Below, piece after piece: positions 29,664-32,351 of a stretch of 32,351 nucleotides of DNA (position 1 is the stretch's first letter; each line of letters starts with the position of its first letter). The notes under the pieces were generated by a model that saw only the letters and a program-made list of their open reading frames with translations, searched no databases and was not told the origin of the DNA. The position numbers and the translations under genes were made by a program. Location: positions 1-32,351 of the forward strand of contig CAXHAT010000084.1 of assembly GCA_964014485.1 (NCBI GenBank), read 5' to 3'. This DNA is from an uncultured Deferribacteres bacterium (lineage in GTDB: Bacteria > Zhuqueibacterota > Zhuqueibacteria > Zhuqueibacterales > Geothermadaptataceae).

Positions 29664-29815
29664 CTGATGTTACGCGCTGGTCCTAAAAAACAAACCCGAT
29701 TCCGAAAGTCATACCCGCGGAGGCGGGTATCCAGCGATCGGCGCCACTTTCTGGATACCCGCCTCCGCGGGTATGACATAGGGGGCATGTTTTGGGGCAA
29801 AGCGTGTAACGTCAG
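29664..29815. mobile_element. Miniature element: CTGAYGTTACRCGCT shell around a dRS3-like 70-bp palindrome
   Basis: Perfect 27-bp arms GTCATACCCGCGGAGGCGGGTATCCAG (29708-29734) / 29751-29777 with a 16-nt spacer. Outer IR CTGATGTTACGCGCT / AGCGTGTAACGTCAG (13/15). Confidence 0.75.
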
Positions 29816-29896
29816 TTTGCAGGTTTGCGGCTTTGATTGAGAAATATTCTACCCTGGAGTCAAACGCTTCAGCGTTTGATTTGGTGAAATCTGTGT

Positions 29897-30013
29897 GGGC
29901 TGTCTCAAAACATGATATTTTCAAAGCGCTACACGACATGTCGTAGGGGTTCAAAATTTTGAACCCCTACAAGTGGTATACCCTTCACTCAGAGACCATG
30001 TTTTGGACAGCCC
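29897..30013. mobile_element. Miniature element: GGGCTGTC shell around a GTAG-type REP
   Basis: TIR GGGCTGTCTCAAAACATG / CATGTTTTG-GACAGCCC. Inner perfect 28-bp palindrome GTAGGGGTTCAAAATTTTGAACCCCTAC (29943-29970). Confidence 0.78.
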
Positions 30014-30074
30014 CACTCCAAAAAGAGTTACTTTCAAACGACGACTAAATCTTTTCGATGCGATTGAGAATGTT

Positions 30075-30758
30075 ATGAACACAAGTAAAAAAACGACCTG
30101 TTTCGGCTCACTGTCTATCAAAAAGCTCAGTTCAATCGCCATGTCCGCGGCGCTGATTTTTCCTGCGTTCGTCGGAGCGCAGCAGCCAAAAGTGGATTTG
30201 CGAATGGTCTCGGAAGCGACGGTTACGGATCAAAAAATCATCGAGACGATTGTGTTGACCAGCTTGATTCCTGAAGACCCGGCAAAAGTCGATTCCGTCA
30301 AATTTATCGACGCGACAAACAACGGCTTCGGGGATAACGATCTGGTGATTTTTTACCCTTCGCAAGCGGGCTACTTGTTTTTTGCCGATGATCGCGTGAA
30401 AGTTATGATGAAAAACTGGACTTTTTCGGAAGGCCGTCAAATCGTGGCGCAGAATCCCGGCGCCGGCTTTTTTGAGAATGGCGCGCCGGAAGATTCCGTC
30501 AAGGCTGCGGTCGCCGACCTGCTTGCTGGCACAATTCGGAACGTCGACTCAACGTTTCAGGGAATACCCGTGAAGCTGTTGTTCCAGCGCTATAGTGACG
30601 GACTGATACGCTTTAACGTCTGGGGATATGACGAAAAAGGGCAGGCCCCGGCGTGGCTGAAGCCGCAATTTGCACGCGTCGATACGCATTATATTTTGAA
30701 AACGGACACCGTTTTTATTCCTGCCGCAGATAGTGTGAAAATCGGCGAACAGGATTAG
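30075..30758 (+). CDS. Secreted hypothetical protein
   Basis: Signal-peptide-like N-terminus ending AFVGA-QQP. No family recognised. Start uncertain; the longer track start lies inside a repeat. Confidence 0.7.
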   Translation: MNTSKKTTCFGSLSIKKLSSIAMSAALIFPAFVGAQQPKVDLRMVSEATVTDQKIIETIVLTSLIPEDPAKVDSVKFIDATNNGFGDNDLVIFYPSQAGYLFFADDRVKVMMKNWTFSEGRQIVAQNPGAGFFENGAPEDSVKAAVADLLAGTIRNVDSTFQGIPVKLLFQRYSDGLIRFNVWGYDEKGQAPAWLKPQFARVDTHYILKTDTVFIPAADSVKIGEQD

Positions 30759-30788
30759 GATTCAACTGCCGCCGCCGTCCATTCTTTT

Positions 30789-31619
30789 ATGAAAAGCCAA
30801 CCTAACCCAGTCTCTCAATTCATTGCTTACCTGGCGCTCTTGCTTTTAGCGGCAACAATGCTTGCACCGTTCTTGTGGATGCTCGCAACAAGCTTCATGG
30901 ATAATCTTGAAGTGTTTACTTTTCCACCAAAGTTTGTCCCCGATGAGTGGTTGTGGCAAAACTGGAGCGAGGCGCTTACCACGCTGCCGTTCTGGCGTTT
31001 TTTCGTAAATTCATTCTTTATGGCAAGCGCGATTGCAGCGTTTCAATTGTTGTTCTGTTCAATGGCGGGCTATAGCTTTGCCAGACTGCAATTCCCGGGG
31101 CGAGAGCTCATCTTTTTCGGCTTTCTTTCTTTTATGATGATCCCGGTTATCGTGTTGCTGATCCCAAGATTTCTGCTGGTAAATGCGTTTGGGTGGGTGG
31201 ATACTTTTTGGGCCTTGATCGTCCCGGAAATGATCACGGTTTGGGGCGTTTTTCTGATGCGGCAGTTTTTCATGGCGTTGCCGCGCGATCTGGAAGACGC
31301 CGCACGCATTGACGGCGCCGGTGAATGGAAGATATTTTGGCGCATCATTCTCCCGCTCTCAAAACCGGCGCTCGCAACGCTTGGCGTGTTCGCCTTTGTT
31401 GGCGCATGGCAAGCATTCTTGTGGCCGCTAATTGCAACCCGCTCGCTCGATATGCGCCCGCTGGAAGTCGGCATTGCAGCTTTTAGCTCAATTTATTCTG
31501 ACAATTGGCCGCTGCAAATGGCCGCCGCTGCAGCAGCGACGGCGCCTTTACTGATCGTTTTTTTCTTCGCTCAAAAATACTTCGTCCGCGGGATAGCCTT
31601 AACTGGAATGAAAGGATAA
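30789..31619 (+). CDS. Carbohydrate ABC transporter permease (MalG-like)
   Basis: About six hydrophobic segments, AGYSFARL.FPGR, EAA loop LEDAARIDGA, LPLSKPAL and QKYFVRGI...GMKG. Confidence 0.93.
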   Translation: MKSQPNPVSQFIAYLALLLLAATMLAPFLWMLATSFMDNLEVFTFPPKFVPDEWLWQNWSEALTTLPFWRFFVNSFFMASAIAAFQLLFCSMAGYSFARLQFPGRELIFFGFLSFMMIPVIVLLIPRFLLVNAFGWVDTFWALIVPEMITVWGVFLMRQFFMALPRDLEDAARIDGAGEWKIFWRIILPLSKPALATLGVFAFVGAWQAFLWPLIATRSLDMRPLEVGIAAFSSIYSDNWPLQMAAAAAATAPLLIVFFFAQKYFVRGIALTGMKG

Positions 31620-31642
31620 TCGCGGTTTTTTCTGCGAAAATT

Positions 31643-32050
31643 TTAGACTGACATTTCAGAATATGCGGGGGTTAATTGCACTTGGCTCATGCGACTGTTT
31701 GGCAGAAGCAGCTTGTGCAAACCTAAATCATGGATCGTATGCTGCAAGTGCGGCTGAACTCCGCTCATACTGACATTGCATCCTCGTCTGCGAACAATGC
31801 GCGCGAACTTTTTCAGAACATGGAGGGCGCGCATGCTGAGCATTTCCAAGCCATCCAGACGCAAATCCCATTTCACATTTTTGTACTGCGCAGCCAAGCC
31901 TTTCAGAAAGCTGTTAAGCTGTTCCGCGTCTCGTCCGAAAACCGCGCCTTCCAAATCGATGTTTATGACGCCGGTTGTCTTTTCGGAGTTAATATGTGCG
32001 GTCATGTTCGCCGCGTTTCTTGTTGTTGGGGTCGTGTTGTCGGTCTTCAT
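31643..32050 (-). CDS. STAS domain protein (anti-sigma factor antagonist-like)
   Basis: IDLEG, DLRLDGLEMLS..AL..L, G..V.MSGVQP and DLGL pattern. ATG 32050 with GGGAG RBS. Confidence 0.75.
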   Translation of the reverse strand: MKTDNTTPTTRNAANMTAHINSEKTTGVINIDLEGAVFGRDAEQLNSFLKGLAAQYKNVKWDLRLDGLEMLSMRALHVLKKFARIVRRRGCNVSMSGVQPHLQHTIHDLGLHKLLLPNSRMSQVQLTPAYSEMSV

Positions 32051-32176
32051 TTGAGTTCTCCCTGAATTCAATGACCTTAGTTGTTTTATGAATTAACGTG
32101 AGTCGTTTTTGAAAGCTTAATGCTTAAAATAGAGACGTCACAATTTGTAACAGCGATGCTGTTTGGCTCTTGCTAA

Positions 32177-32192
32177 TACAACGACTATGCCA
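32177..32192 (-). promoter_or_regulatory. Possible sigma54-type promoter for the STAS gene
   Basis: Minus strand reads TGGCATAGTCGTTGTA: a good -24 box, but the -12 box is TTGTA rather than TTGCA. Confidence 0.4.
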
Positions 32193-32201
32193 TTCCGTAA
32201 A

Positions 32202-32219
32202 TTCATGTAATTACATGAA
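32202..32219. promoter_or_regulatory. Perfect 18-bp palindrome, candidate transcription-factor site
   Basis: TTCATGTAATTACATGAA, 9 bp upstream of the putative -24 box. Confidence 0.45.
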
Positions 32220-32351
32220 GATATCGAAGATATTCGCTTTGATTTCGCAATAAAAGACGGCTTCATCAAATGTCGGAGAAAAGGAGTGCGGCGATTTGGC
32301 GAAAAGGCCAAATTGGAGATTCATGACAGTAACGTTTTATTTCAAATTTGT

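Overview
Chromosomal window from a bacterium of roughly 50% GC (estimated by eye), probably FCB superphylum such as KSB1/Calditrichota-like. That placement is inferred from the NYPNPFNP FlgD-Ig/T9SS-like C-terminal domain and the Bacteroidota-like His proteins. Housekeeping genes: a complete hisG-D-C-B-H-A-F-IE operon, eno, apgM-type phosphoglycerate mutase, nfi, a TrmH methyltransferase, a PlsC-like acyltransferase and kmo. Four exported peptidases are present: M14, a 1994-aa modular S8, S9B and M28. No rRNA, tRNA, CRISPR array, transposase or prophage gene was seen. Most notable signals: (1) a candidate sigma54-driven ~72-nt small RNA with an anti-Shine-Dalgarno tract and its own terminator (3701-3798). 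(2) A family of nested miniature elements in which REP-like palindromic cores sit inside different IS-like inverted-repeat shells; one 93-bp core occurs in two unrelated shells. (3) An M14 carboxypeptidase whose prodomain appears to be encoded as a separate upstream lipoprotein. (4) A HisB whose phosphatase domain has lost its catalytic motifs. All calls come from manual reading; no database searches were run.
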